In this document: positions 32,272 through 41,795 of the stretch, in pieces
How the letters are laid out: each line of letters opens with the position of its first letter
Position numbering within the stretch: the first letter of the stretch is position 1
Assembly: GCF_963676475.2 (NCBI RefSeq)
Contig: NZ_CAXXQZ010000001.1
Coordinates: forward strand, 875,245-939,244
From: an uncultured Celeribacter sp.
GTDB taxonomy: Bacteria; Pseudomonadota; Alphaproteobacteria; Rhodobacterales; Rhodobacteraceae
Direction of reading: 5' to 3'
DNA length: 64,000 nucleotides
Program-made: the position numbers and the translations under genes
Notes under the pieces: model-generated
Told to the model about the DNA's origin: nothing
Database searches by the model: none
What the model saw: only the letters and a program-made list of their open reading frames with translations

Positions 32272-33024
32272 TTACTCAGGCTGATCCGGCATTTTCTCAG
32301 CCGGCGGTTGCGTCGGGTCTTTCGGATTGGGGTAAACCAGACCGGCAGAGATCACCAGTTTCGCCGCATCCTCGACCGACATGTCGAGCAGGATCACATC
32401 GCTTTCCGGGAAGAACAGCAAAAAGCCCGAGGTCGGGTTCGGCGTGGTTGGAACAAAGACCGAGAGGTATTTTTCATCCTCTGGCGTGCGCCGCGCCACC
32501 TCGCCCTTGGCATTCGTCGAGACAAAGCCGATGGCCCAGATGCCACGACGAGGATATTCGATCAGACAGGCCTTGTCGAAAGAGGTGCCGGACTGCGAAA
32601 ACACGGTTTCCGCGATCTGCTTCACGCCATTATAGATCGACCGCACCACGGGCGTGCGATCCACGAGGTTCTCCGCCCAGCGAATGAGAGAGCGACCCAC
32701 GAGCCCCTTGGCGATCCAGCCGACCACCACGGTGAAGATCAGGAAAATCACCACACCCGCGCCGCGCAGGTTGATGTGAATCTGCTCGCCCGGCTCCGTG
32801 TATCCAAGGAACCGGTTGATCAGCGCATCCGGGTGGTAGCTCGAGGGCACAAAGGTCAAAACCCAGCCATCGACCCAGCCGATCACGGTCCAGATCACAT
32901 AGGCGGTCAACCCGATGGGAGCGACCACGACAAGCCCCGTCAGAAACGCCGCACGCAAATGCGCCAAAAGCCCCGGCTTGCGCGGTTGGGGCGGGTGGGT
33001 TTCATCTTCGAAAGGGTTGTTCAT
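32272..33024 (-). CDS. DUF502 membrane protein
   Basis: FLTGLVVVAP and FVPTTPNPTSGF motifs. Confidence 0.9.
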   Translation of the reverse strand: MNNPFEDETHPPQPRKPGLLAHLRAAFLTGLVVVAPIGLTAYVIWTVIGWVDGWVLTFVPSSYHPDALINRFLGYTEPGEQIHINLRGAGVVIFLIFTVVVGWIAKGLVGRSLIRWAENLVDRTPVVRSIYNGVKQIAETVFSQSGTSFDKACLIEYPRRGIWAIGFVSTNAKGEVARRTPEDEKYLSVFVPTTPNPTSGFLLFFPESDVILLDMSVEDAAKLVISAGLVYPNPKDPTQPPAEKMPDQPE

Positions 33025-33144
33025 TCTAGGGGACTGACCGTGTAAGAGGCGCGATTGAGAGGGAACTTAGGGGGGCATGTGTTAAGACACAATAAGCCCC
33101 CCGTCGTTTTTCAATGCTCTGACGTCTATTTCACGCGTTTGCGT

Positions 33145-34056
33145 TTATTTGGCGGTCAATTCGCAGGCGATTTTGGCCGCAAGCCGCGCGTTGTTGCGCA
33201 CCAATGCGATATTGGCGACCAGAGATTTGCCCTCGGTCAGCTCGAACATACGCTGCAACAGGAAAGGCGTGACCTCTTTCGCGGCGATGCCCTTATCTTC
33301 GGCCTCTTTCAGCGCGGTTTCGACATAGGGCATGATCACTTCGCGCGAAATCTCATCCGCTTCGGGGATCGGGTTGGCCACCAGTTGACCGCCCTTGAGG
33401 CCCATCGCCGCGCGCATCTCCATCGCCGCGGCGATCTCACCCGCGCTGTCCATCCGCAAAGGCGCGGGCAGGCCAGAGGCGCGCGACCAGAACGCCGGGA
33501 TCTCGTCCTGACCATAGGCGATCACCGGCACGCCATGGGTTTCCAGCACTTCGAGCGTCTTCGGAATGTCGAGAATGGCTTTCGGCCCGGCGGCCACCAC
33601 GGTCACGGCCGTCTCGCCCAGCTCGAGAAGGTCGGCGGAGATGTCGAACGTCTCTTCGGCACCGCGATGCACGCCGCCGATGCCGCCGGTGGCAAAGACT
33701 TTGATGCCGGCAATCTGAGCGGCAATCATGGTGGCGGCCACGGTGGTCGCACCTGTGGCGCCGCGCGCGATACAGACTGGCAAATCGGCACGCGACACTT
33801 TCATCACGCCGGTCGCCTGACCGAGTGCGATGAGCTGCGTCTCCGTGAGGCCGATATGAAGCACACCGTCCAGCACCGCGATGGTCGCGGGCACGGCGCC
33901 TGCGGCACGGATGTCCTCTTCGACCGTCTGGGCGGTTTCGACGTTTTGCGGGTAGGGCATGCCATGGGTGATGATCGTGGACTCGAGCGCCACGACGGGA
34001 CGGCCCGCCTCCAGCGCGTCGGCGACTTCGGGGGCATACATCATCGGCAGGGTCAT
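33145..34056 (-). CDS. psuG: Pseudouridine-5'-phosphate glycosidase
   Basis: VALESTIITHGMP, ATTVAAT, FATGGIGGVHRG, DISADL. Confidence 0.95.
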   Translation of the reverse strand: MTLPMMYAPEVADALEAGRPVVALESTIITHGMPYPQNVETAQTVEEDIRAAGAVPATIAVLDGVLHIGLTETQLIALGQATGVMKVSRADLPVCIARGATGATTVAATMIAAQIAGIKVFATGGIGGVHRGAEETFDISADLLELGETAVTVVAAGPKAILDIPKTLEVLETHGVPVIAYGQDEIPAFWSRASGLPAPLRMDSAGEIAAAMEMRAAMGLKGGQLVANPIPEADEISREVIMPYVETALKEAEDKGIAAKEVTPFLLQRMFELTEGKSLVANIALVRNNARLAAKIACELTAK

Positions 34057-34955
34057 AGGGGGGTATCTCCGGAAACATAGTGAGCGGCCGCTTCAAGCGC
34101 CGCGGTCAAAGCGTCGGCGGCATCTGCGCCACGCATTTCGGCGGCAATATGCGCCGCCATGAAAGTGTCGCCCGCGCCGGTCACACGCGCGACCAGAACT
34201 TCGGGCGGGGTATGGGTCAGGACCTCTCCATCGCAGGCAATCGAGGCACCTTTGCCACCGTTGGTGACCAAGACCCGATGCGCGCCACGGTCTTCGACGA
34301 GGACCTTCGCGGCCTCCGCCGAGGTCTCGAATTGGGTCTGCGCCAAGAGGCCAGCCTCTTCGAGGTTGACGTAAAGCGTTGCGCGCGGGTGATCTAGCAG
34401 CGGCAACAACCGCTCGGCCTTGCCGGGTGAGGCGGGGGCCACACGCAGATCGGCCCTGGCAAACAACGGCGACTGCGCAATCTCTCGCAACAATTGTGTC
34501 GTCAGATTACCATCGAGCGCCACCGGGCCCTCGTAAGGTGCATTGACCGTGCCCAGACGCCCGTCGGCCAGAGGCCGCAGGATTTTATCGCCCGCGCGCT
34601 CCAGCGAATGCGCATCCGCGATGGCGGCGATCAAGCCGTTGGCGCCTTCGACGGCCATATAGCTGTCGGTCGGCAGGTCCTCAGAGAGGTAAACGTGATC
34701 CGTACCGATGCCGCGCACTTTCGCCGCCTCGATCAATTCCGCGCCCGCCGGATCGCGCCCGATGGCGGTCAAGAGATCGGGCACCATCCCGAACCGCGCC
34801 AGAGCCATGGCAATATTCATCGCCACACCACCCGGCACCCGCACGATGCGTCCCGGCACGTCGGAGCCCACGCGCATCGAGCGATCCGTGCGTCCGATCA
34901 CGTCCCAAAGCACCGAGCCGATGCAAAGAATGTCATGTGATTTGTCATGATGCAT
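34053..34955 (-). CDS. PfkB family kinase (pseudouridine kinase-like)
   Basis: PGGVAMNIA and VTGAGDTF motifs; coupled to psuG. Confidence 0.85.
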   Translation of the reverse strand: MHHDKSHDILCIGSVLWDVIGRTDRSMRVGSDVPGRIVRVPGGVAMNIAMALARFGMVPDLLTAIGRDPAGAELIEAAKVRGIGTDHVYLSEDLPTDSYMAVEGANGLIAAIADAHSLERAGDKILRPLADGRLGTVNAPYEGPVALDGNLTTQLLREIAQSPLFARADLRVAPASPGKAERLLPLLDHPRATLYVNLEEAGLLAQTQFETSAEAAKVLVEDRGAHRVLVTNGGKGASIACDGEVLTHTPPEVLVARVTGAGDTFMAAHIAAEMRGADAADALTAALEAAAHYVSGDTPL

Positions 34956-35228
34956 TTTATCCATGGGACTATTGCGCCTGTTTTTGACCAAATGGCAAGA
35001 GATGCCGTGCAGGACAGACGGGGCCTTACGTCTCCTTTGCTGTAAAAATACTCAAAGCAACGGCGCAGGAGAGGGCAGGGGTTGCCAAGCCCCACATTCC
35101 TCTCTATATGCGCGATCACTTCACAGGCGGAGGCGGGTCCTCGGGGGAGACATCCTCGAACGATCCACCGGTTGGGGCATATGCCCTGAGACCCTCCGCT
35201 CAGGCGTTAAACCGGAAAGGAAACACGA

Positions 35229-36002
35229 ATGGCGCTTCCCGATTTCTCCATTCGTCAGCTCTTGGAAGCTGGCGTCCACTATGGCCACCAAACTCAGCGT
35301 TGGAACCCGCGTATGCAGGAGTTCATCTACGGTGAGCGCAACGGCATCCACATTTTCGACCTCACCCAGACCGTCCCGATGCTGGACCAGGCTCTGCAGG
35401 TCGTGCGTGACGTTGCTGCCAAAGGCGGCCGTATTCTCTTCGTCGGCACCAAACGTCAGGCTGCTGGCGCCATCGCCGAATCCGCTGAGAAATGTGCACA
35501 GTATTACATGAACCACCGTTGGCTCGGCGGCACGCTGACCAACTGGAAAACCGTCTCCCAGTCGATCCAGCGTCTGAACGCCATTGATGAGACCCTCGCC
35601 TCCGGCGCAGAAGGCCTCACCAAGAAAGAGCGTCTGAACATGGAACGCGACCAAGCCAAGCTGCAAGCTTCGCTCGGTGGTATCCGCGAAATGGGCGGTG
35701 TGCCGGATCTTCTCTTCGTCATCGACGTGAAAAAAGAAGACCTCGCCATCCTCGAAGCCAAGAAACTGGGCATTCCGGTTGTGGCTGTTGTGGACTCCAA
35801 CTGCTCCCCGGCGGGCGTGGACTACATCATCCCGGGCAACGACGACGCGTCCCGCGCGATCTCGCTCTACACCGATCTCGTCGCCCGTGCGGCTCTCGAC
35901 GGCATGACCGCTCAGATGGGTGCAGCCGGCGTGGACATCGGTGCTTTCGAAGAAGCGATCGCTGAAGAAGCCGTCGCAGAAGAAGCATCCGCTGAGGCCT
36001 GA
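35229..36002 (+). CDS. rpsB: 30S ribosomal protein S2
   Basis: [12 protein letters not shown]...RWNP and RWLGGTLTN. Confidence 0.98.
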   Translation: MALPDFSIRQLLEAGVHYGHQTQRWNPRMQEFIYGERNGIHIFDLTQTVPMLDQALQVVRDVAAKGGRILFVGTKRQAAGAIAESAEKCAQYYMNHRWLGGTLTNWKTVSQSIQRLNAIDETLASGAEGLTKKERLNMERDQAKLQASLGGIREMGGVPDLLFVIDVKKEDLAILEAKKLGIPVVAVVDSNCSPAGVDYIIPGNDDASRAISLYTDLVARAALDGMTAQMGAAGVDIGAFEEAIAEEAVAEEASAEA

Positions 36003-36110
36003 TTTTTTCGACCGTAAGGGACCAAGTCCCGCGCGGTCGTTACAAAATTGATACGGGGGCAGGGTAATCCCGCCCCCGGAACTGATCCAAGACATTCTAG
36101 GAGAGCCGAC

Positions 36111-36986
36111 ATGGCAATCACTGCTGCTCAGGTGAAAGAACTGCGCGAATCCACTGGCGCGGGCATGATGGACGCGAAAAAAGCGCTGGTCGAAACCGAT
36201 GGCGACATGGAAGCCGCCGTTGACTGGCTGCGCACCAAAGGTCTGGCGAAAGCCGCCAAGAAATCCGGTCGTACCGCAGCCGAAGGCCTCGTGGCCGTCG
36301 CTGTGGACGGTGGCGTGGGTGTCGCTGTCGAAGTGAACTCCGAAACCGACTTCGTTGCGAAAAACGCCGAATTCCAGACCATGGTGAAAGACATCGCCGC
36401 GGCCGCTCTGGGCGTGTCCGACGTCGAAGCGCTGAAAGCTGCTGTCGTGAACGGCAAGCCGGTCTCCGAGCTGATCACCGACAAGATCGCCACCATCGGC
36501 GAGAACATGTCCGTGCGTCGCATGGCGAAAATCGAAGCTGACACTGTTGTGACCTACATCCACAACGCAGCGGCTGACGGTCTTGGCAAAATCGGCGTGC
36601 TGGTCGGCCTCAAAGGCGGCGACGAAGCCTTTGGCAAACAGGTTGCGATGCACATCGCGGCGGCCAACCCGCAGGGCCTCGGTGAAGCTGATCTCGACCC
36701 GGCTGTGGTTGAGAAGGAAAAGCAAATCCAGATCGACATCGCCCGCGAATCCGGCAAGCCGGAAAACATCATCGAGAACATGATCAAAGGCCGGATGGCG
36801 AAATTCATCGCCGAATCCACCCTGCTGGGTCAGGCTTTCGTGGTGAACCCGGATCTGACCGTCGAGAAAGCCGCGAAAGAAGCCGGTGCCGAGATCGTCG
36901 GTTTCGTGCGTCTTGAAGTCGGCGAGGGCATCGAGAAAGAGACCGAAGATTTCGCCGCTGAAGTCGCGAAAGCGATGCAGGGCTGA
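36111..36986 (+). CDS. tsf: Elongation factor Ts
   Basis: [29 protein letters not shown]. Confidence 0.98.
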   Translation: MAITAAQVKELRESTGAGMMDAKKALVETDGDMEAAVDWLRTKGLAKAAKKSGRTAAEGLVAVAVDGGVGVAVEVNSETDFVAKNAEFQTMVKDIAAAALGVSDVEALKAAVVNGKPVSELITDKIATIGENMSVRRMAKIEADTVVTYIHNAAADGLGKIGVLVGLKGGDEAFGKQVAMHIAAANPQGLGEADLDPAVVEKEKQIQIDIARESGKPENIIENMIKGRMAKFIAESTLLGQAFVVNPDLTVEKAAKEAGAEIVGFVRLEVGEGIEKETEDFAAEVAKAMQG

Positions 36987-37015
36987 TCTGACGTTTCACA
37001 CGTCTGAAAAGGTTC

Positions 37016-37046
37016 AAAGGGGGCTGCCTTCGGGTGGCCCTTTTTC
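37016..37046 (+). terminator. Intrinsic terminator of rpsB-tsf
   Basis: GGGCTGCC-TTCG-GGTGGCCC plus T-run. Confidence 0.8.
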
Positions 37047-37282
37047 ATTTGAAAAGGTGTTTCGATGACAGATTTCCGTGCATCGCATGAAATGATTTTT
37101 AAGCAGGGGAGAGATCAAGGGCCGCAAAGTCGACTATAAACCCGCGACCCTCATGAAGTGTCGGTAAGCCGAATAACGTGGCGATCCCGTCACCCCCGTC
37201 CCAAAGGCCAAGCCTCAGAAAGCCGGAACAGCCCCAATCTGTCTTTCTATTCATATTTGTGCAACTACGCACATCCTTACCT

Positions 37283-37298
37283 TTAACTAAAAATTAAC
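37283..37298. promoter_or_regulatory. Perfect CtrA consensus box
   Basis: TTAA-CTAAAAA-TTAAC. Confidence 0.5.
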
Positions 37299-37351
37299 GA
37301 ATACGGGGTTGAGGTGACGCGAAGTCAACTTATCCGCCAGCGGCAGCTCGG

Positions 37352-38089
37352 TCAGAATGTGAAAATCTGATTATGCATCGCCGCTTTGAGAACGGCCTGT
37401 GCAGTGGTGTCCACACTTAGAGATTCACGCGCGAGTCGAAGATGTTTCTCAACCGTTGCCTTGTTCAGCCCCATGATCTGCGCCGTATCTGCGACGGTTT
37501 TGCCATCGCCGATCCATTCGAGAACCTCACGCTGACGTTTCGTCAAAATGCGCTTGGGCAAGGGCAGGCTGATGAGTTTCAAATGCGCGACACCACAGAT
37601 GAGTTCAAGTTCTTCGCCCCACCGCGCCCAAATCTCATCCGCCTGCTCCTGCGTGCCGACATGCGGTTCTAAAGACAGGCCGATGGCGCCCTTGGCCCGT
37701 TTTAAGGAATGCGGAAACGCGATCGTATATCCGCAGGTCACCCCGGAGGCCTGATTAAAGGCCACCACCTTGCGCTCCTCTTCGGTGAAGGTTTCAAGGT
37801 TTTCACCAATCCAACTCCATGGACAGGCTCCCACATTGTCGATGGACCAACGCACCATGGGCCCGTGACGATACCGCCCCTCCAGAAAATAGCCCTGCAT
37901 ATACTCCGCGCTGAAATTGGTCAGGAACAGATGGTCCTTATCATCGCCAAACCCCGAAGATGTGTGAAACCGCGTGAAGCCGTAGAGAACATGGTGAAAC
38001 CCGATGTCGGTCAAACAGGACAAAAGTGTATCCCAGACCTCTGCAACGGATGTCGCCGCGAGAATGTTATGAACTTGATGTTTCAGCAC
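37352..38089 (-). CDS. LuxR-family regulator with autoinducer-binding domain (no adjacent luxI)
   Basis: C-terminal LTKRQREVLEWIGDGKT...TVEKHL HTH; likely GTG start at 38089 after GGGGGA. Confidence 0.85.
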   Translation of the reverse strand: MLKHQVHNILAATSVAEVWDTLLSCLTDIGFHHVLYGFTRFHTSSGFGDDKDHLFLTNFSAEYMQGYFLEGRYRHGPMVRWSIDNVGACPWSWIGENLETFTEEERKVVAFNQASGVTCGYTIAFPHSLKRAKGAIGLSLEPHVGTQEQADEIWARWGEELELICGVAHLKLISLPLPKRILTKRQREVLEWIGDGKTVADTAQIMGLNKATVEKHLRLARESLSVDTTAQAVLKAAMHNQIFTF

Positions 38090-38377
38090 TTTATCCCCCA
38101 ATACCTCGACCCTAAAAAGAACGGTTGCTGGGCGCAAGATGTCCCATAGGTCAAGAGGGCAACAGCAAGTCGCTTCGATCGCACTCCCGCAAACGCGTTT
38201 ATGGTGATCTGGCTCTGCGTGCTCCCCGTGCAATCAAGGATTTATAGCGGAGATATCGCTCAGCGGTGAATCTTTTCGCGTATGTGGAAACAGATCCAGA
38301 AAAAGCGTTTTAAGGGCATGAAACGACGCGCCAGGCGTGCATAATTACGTCACCACAGATTTCAGGGGACTCACCTC

Positions 38378-39322
38378 ATGCGCAAATCCTGTCACATCCT
38401 TGGCGCGCCGATTGAAACCGGAGCGTCTCAACGCGGCTGCCTCATGGGCCCCGCCAGCCTGCGCACCGCAGGGTTGCCGGAAACGCTCAAAGCGCTTGGA
38501 TGGTCCGTAAAAGACCTTGGCGACGTGGACATCGCGCCCCAGACAGAGCGCCCGCACAGCAACCCGGTGGTACACAATCTCGCGGAAACCCGGGCCTGGA
38601 TCGAGGCCTTGGAGCCGGCGGCCTATGAGGCGGCACGCAATTGCGATCTGCCGATTTTCATGGGGGGCGATCATTCGATGTCGGCGGGCACTGTGACAGG
38701 CGTTGCGCGCGTGGCAGCAGAGGAGGGGCGTCCGCTCTTTGTGCTCTGGCTCGATGCGCACCCGGATTTGCACAGGCTGGACACGACGGAGAGCGGCAAT
38801 TTGCATGGCACGCCGGTGGCCTACTTCACGGGTCAGTTTTCAGATCAGCTTTCGGGGCAGGGCGACTATCCCGCGCTCACACATCCGGTCGATCCGACCC
38901 ACATCTGTTTCATGGGCATCCGCTCGGTCGATCCGGCGGAACATGCGCGGATTCAGGACCTCGATATGGACGTTCACGACATGCGCGCGCTCGATGAAAC
39001 GGGTGTTCTGGCGCCGCTTCGCACCTTTCTGGAGCGGGTCAAGGCGGCGAATGGACGGCTTCATGTCAGTTTCGATGTCGATTTCCTCGACCCCGGCATT
39101 GCGCCCGCCGTCGGCACCACCGTTCCGGGGGGCGCGACCTTTCGCGAAGCGCATCTGATCATGGAAACGCTTTGTGACAGCGGGCTTGTCGGCTCGCTCG
39201 ACCTTGTCGAACTCAACCCGTTTCTTGATGAGCGCGGGCGCACAGCGAAACTGTTACGTGACCTGACGGCAAGCCTGTTCGGGCGTCGTGTCCTTGACCG
39301 AATGACCCGAAGTTTCGGATGA
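38378..39322 (+). CDS. rocF: Arginase
   Basis: GGDHS, DAHPD, HVSFDVD and DLVELNP motifs. Confidence 0.92.
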   Translation: MRKSCHILGAPIETGASQRGCLMGPASLRTAGLPETLKALGWSVKDLGDVDIAPQTERPHSNPVVHNLAETRAWIEALEPAAYEAARNCDLPIFMGGDHSMSAGTVTGVARVAAEEGRPLFVLWLDAHPDLHRLDTTESGNLHGTPVAYFTGQFSDQLSGQGDYPALTHPVDPTHICFMGIRSVDPAEHARIQDLDMDVHDMRALDETGVLAPLRTFLERVKAANGRLHVSFDVDFLDPGIAPAVGTTVPGGATFREAHLIMETLCDSGLVGSLDLVELNPFLDERGRTAKLLRDLTASLFGRRVLDRMTRSFG

Positions 39323-39383
39323 AAATCGCAATAAAAAAGGCCTCCCGGATTGGGAGGCCTTTTCGTGTTTCGAAGCTCTGAGA

Positions 39384-40838
39384 TCAGGTCAACCCGCCGA
39401 AACAGAGGTTCTTGATCTCCAGATAGTCGTCACAACCGTATTTCGAGCCTTCGCGACCCATGCCGGACTGTTTGACCCCGCCAAAGGGTGCCATTTCTGT
39501 CGAAATCGCGCCGGTGTTGATGCCGACCATCCCGGTTTCCAAGGCTTCACCCACACGCCAGGCGCGTTTCAGATCGTTGGTGAAGAAATAGGACGCCAGA
39601 CCGAATTCGGTGGCATTGGCAAACTCCACCGCCTCGTCTTCGGTGTCGAATTTCACCAGCGGCGCGAGAGGGCCAAAGGTTTCCTCGGTGGCGACTTTCA
39701 TCTTTTGCGTCACACCTTTGAGCACGGTCGGTTCAAAGAAGGTCTGCCCGAGGTTCGAGCGATTGCCGCCAACAACCACTTCGGCGCCTTTTTCGACCGC
39801 ATCCTTGATGTGATCCTCGACCTTGGCCACCGCCGCCGCGTTGATCAGCGGGCCGGTGTTGACGCCCTCGGCGAAGCCGTCGCCCAGTTTGAGCGATCCC
39901 AAAGCCGTGGCGAGTTTTTCGGAGAATTCATCATAAATGCCCGCCTGCACGTAAATCCGGTTGGCGCAGACACAGGTCTGGCCGTTATTGCGGAATTTGG
40001 CGAGCATGGCCCCCTCGACCGCCGCCTCCACATCGGCGTCGTCAAAGACGATGAAAGGCGCGTTGCCGCCCAGCTCCATCGACATTTTCTTGACCGTTTC
40101 GGCGCCTTGCGACAGCAGGATTTTGCCCACGCGGGTCGAACCGGTAAAGGTGATCTTGGCCACCTTCGGGTTGGCGCACAACTCTTGCCCCATGCCAGCG
40201 GCATCGAGGCCGGGCAGCACGTTGAACACACCCGCCGGGATGCCCGCACGTTCGGCCAGAACCGCCAGAGCCAGCGCAGACAAGGGCGTGAACTCGGAAG
40301 GCCGCGCCACCATGGAGCAGCCAACGGCAAGGGCAGGGGCCATCTTGCGCGCAATCATCGCATTTGGGAAGTTCCACGGCGTGATCGCACCGACAACGCC
40401 CACGGCTTGCTTGACGATCACCATACGCTTGTCGTTTTGCGGACCGGGGATCATGTCGCCGTAGATGCGCTTGGCCTCTTCCGCGAACCATTCGATGTAA
40501 GACGCGCCATAGAGGATTTCACCACGCGCCTCGGCCCAGGGCTTGCCCATCTCAAGGGTCAGGATGGTCGCCAGATCATCGGCATTTTCCACCATGAGAT
40601 CAAAGAGTTTTCGCAGTGTGTTCGAGCGGGTTTTCACATCCGCGCGCGCCCAGGCCCGTTGCGCCACATAGGCCGCATCAATCGCCATGGCGACGTCTTC
40701 GGCACTCAGATCCGCAACATGGGCGATCACGTCGCCCGTGGCCGGGTTCTCCACCGGGAATGTCTTTTTCGCCTCAACCCAGATGCCATTCACATAGGCG
40801 CGTGTTTCCATCAGGCTGGGGTCTTTCAATGCGCGCAT
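39384..40838 (-). CDS. gabD: NAD(P)-dependent succinate-semialdehyde dehydrogenase
   Basis: PWNFP, MELGGNAPFIVF, KFRNNGQTCVCANR, EETFGP. Confidence 0.92.
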   Translation of the reverse strand: MRALKDPSLMETRAYVNGIWVEAKKTFPVENPATGDVIAHVADLSAEDVAMAIDAAYVAQRAWARADVKTRSNTLRKLFDLMVENADDLATILTLEMGKPWAEARGEILYGASYIEWFAEEAKRIYGDMIPGPQNDKRMVIVKQAVGVVGAITPWNFPNAMIARKMAPALAVGCSMVARPSEFTPLSALALAVLAERAGIPAGVFNVLPGLDAAGMGQELCANPKVAKITFTGSTRVGKILLSQGAETVKKMSMELGGNAPFIVFDDADVEAAVEGAMLAKFRNNGQTCVCANRIYVQAGIYDEFSEKLATALGSLKLGDGFAEGVNTGPLINAAAVAKVEDHIKDAVEKGAEVVVGGNRSNLGQTFFEPTVLKGVTQKMKVATEETFGPLAPLVKFDTEDEAVEFANATEFGLASYFFTNDLKRAWRVGEALETGMVGINTGAISTEMAPFGGVKQSGMGREGSKYGCDDYLEIKNLCFGGLT

Positions 40839-41059
40839 TTTCGTTCTCCCATGCGGCCTTTGCGTCGGCCTTTATTTCGGGTTCGAGATGACCACGGGCG
40901 CAGAGCACGATGTCAGAGGAGCCGCCGCGATGGTCAAGACGCCTCAGTCGAGGCGATGGGCAACGGAGCACATTGGCATAAACACCGCAAGTTAAAACCT
41001 AAATAGCGCCTGCACAGCAGGATGATCGCAAATGCGAAGCGGAGGTGATTGTCCTATTA

Positions 41060-41087
41060 ATTGTACATAATACCAATTATCGGATAT
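41060..41087 (-). other. dif: dif-like XerCD site (attL of the prophage; probable functional chromosomal dif)
   Basis: Minus strand reads ATATCCGATAA-TTGGTA-TTATGTACAAT (11-6-11). The right arm resembles the E. coli XerD arm TTATGTTAAAT, and the site lies at the KOPS polarity switch. Confidence 0.8.
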
Positions 41088-41128
41088 TCCCTAATTACGC
41101 CTTTTCATGATTGCTGCGATTGGCAACC

Positions 41129-41157
41129 AAATAACCAACAATCTTATTAAGGGTCAA
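41129..41157 (-). promoter_or_regulatory. Candidate outward-facing phage promoter at the left end
   Basis: Minus strand TTGACC followed after 17-18 bp by TTATTTG; overlapped by one half of a 10-bp inverted repeat. Confidence 0.3.
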
Positions 41158-41258
41158 GCCTCCTTCAGGTCATTCCTGGCCGGCTCAGAAAACTTAATAA
41201 GAAAAAGCGCCGCCCGATCACCTCGAACGACGCTTTCACATGCCAGCCTAAGCCTCTG

Positions 41259-41468
41259 TTATTGCTCAATTTCAACGGGCGCACGACCCTCCGTGCCGCC
41301 ATAGGCCGAAAGACCGATCCCGGCCACGGCAATCAGAGCCTCGCGCCAGAGATCAATGGTTTCCGCGCCAACTTCGATACCTTGCGAAGCCAGCCACGTT
41401 GCAAGCGCGGTCATGAATGCGCCGATGATCGCGGCCAAGACTTTGCGTGTAAGAAACGCCGTAAGCAT
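41259..41468 (-). CDS. Phage small two-TM protein, holin-like
   Basis: 69 aa, two hydrophobic segments, last gene of the lysis end. Confidence 0.6.
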   Translation of the reverse strand: MLTAFLTRKVLAAIIGAFMTALATWLASQGIEVGAETIDLWREALIAVAGIGLSAYGGTEGRAPVEIEQ

Positions 41469-41483
41469 ATGATTTTCCCCCTT

Positions 41484-41618
41484 TTAAGCGTTTTCGAGTT
41501 TACCAAGGCGCGCCGAAAAATCGTCGTGCGCCTTGGTGAGACCGCCGAGGCGGTAAAAGATCGCGGCCAAGACCGTGAATTGCCCGATGTCGAGGGCGGC
41601 GGCGAGATCGAACGTCAC
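41484..41618 (-). CDS. Phage small single-TM protein (holin/lysis accessory), GTG start
   Basis: VTFDLAAALDIGQFTVLAAIFYRLGGLTKAHDDFSARLGKLENA; GTGA overlap with the upstream stop. Confidence 0.55.
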   Translation of the reverse strand: MTFDLAAALDIGQFTVLAAIFYRLGGLTKAHDDFSARLGKLENA

Positions 41619-41794
41619 TTGATCGCCCCCGCCGATTTGAGCGCCTGATAGGAGATGTATACGCCGCCCGCGACGGTTGCCCATTTGAGCGCTTTAGCGG
41701 TGCTGTCCATTGCCTCGCCGCCCTCTTTCGCGGCCCATCCGACACCAAAAACTCCGAGAATTGCCAAGCCAACGCCAACAACAGGAAATGCCAT
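41615..41794 (-). CDS. Phage small two-TM membrane protein
   Basis: MAFPVVGVGLAILGVFGVGWAAK...WATVAGGVYISYQALK; starts 2 nt after the lysozyme stop. Confidence 0.6.
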   Translation of the reverse strand: MAFPVVGVGLAILGVFGVGWAAKEGGEAMDSTAKALKWATVAGGVYISYQALKSAGAIK

Positions 41795-41795
41795 A

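Noticed and set aside
35229-37050. rpsB-tsf not followed by pyrH-frr
   Set aside because: This separation is, as far as I recall, usual in Rhodobacteraceae; not evidence of rearrangement
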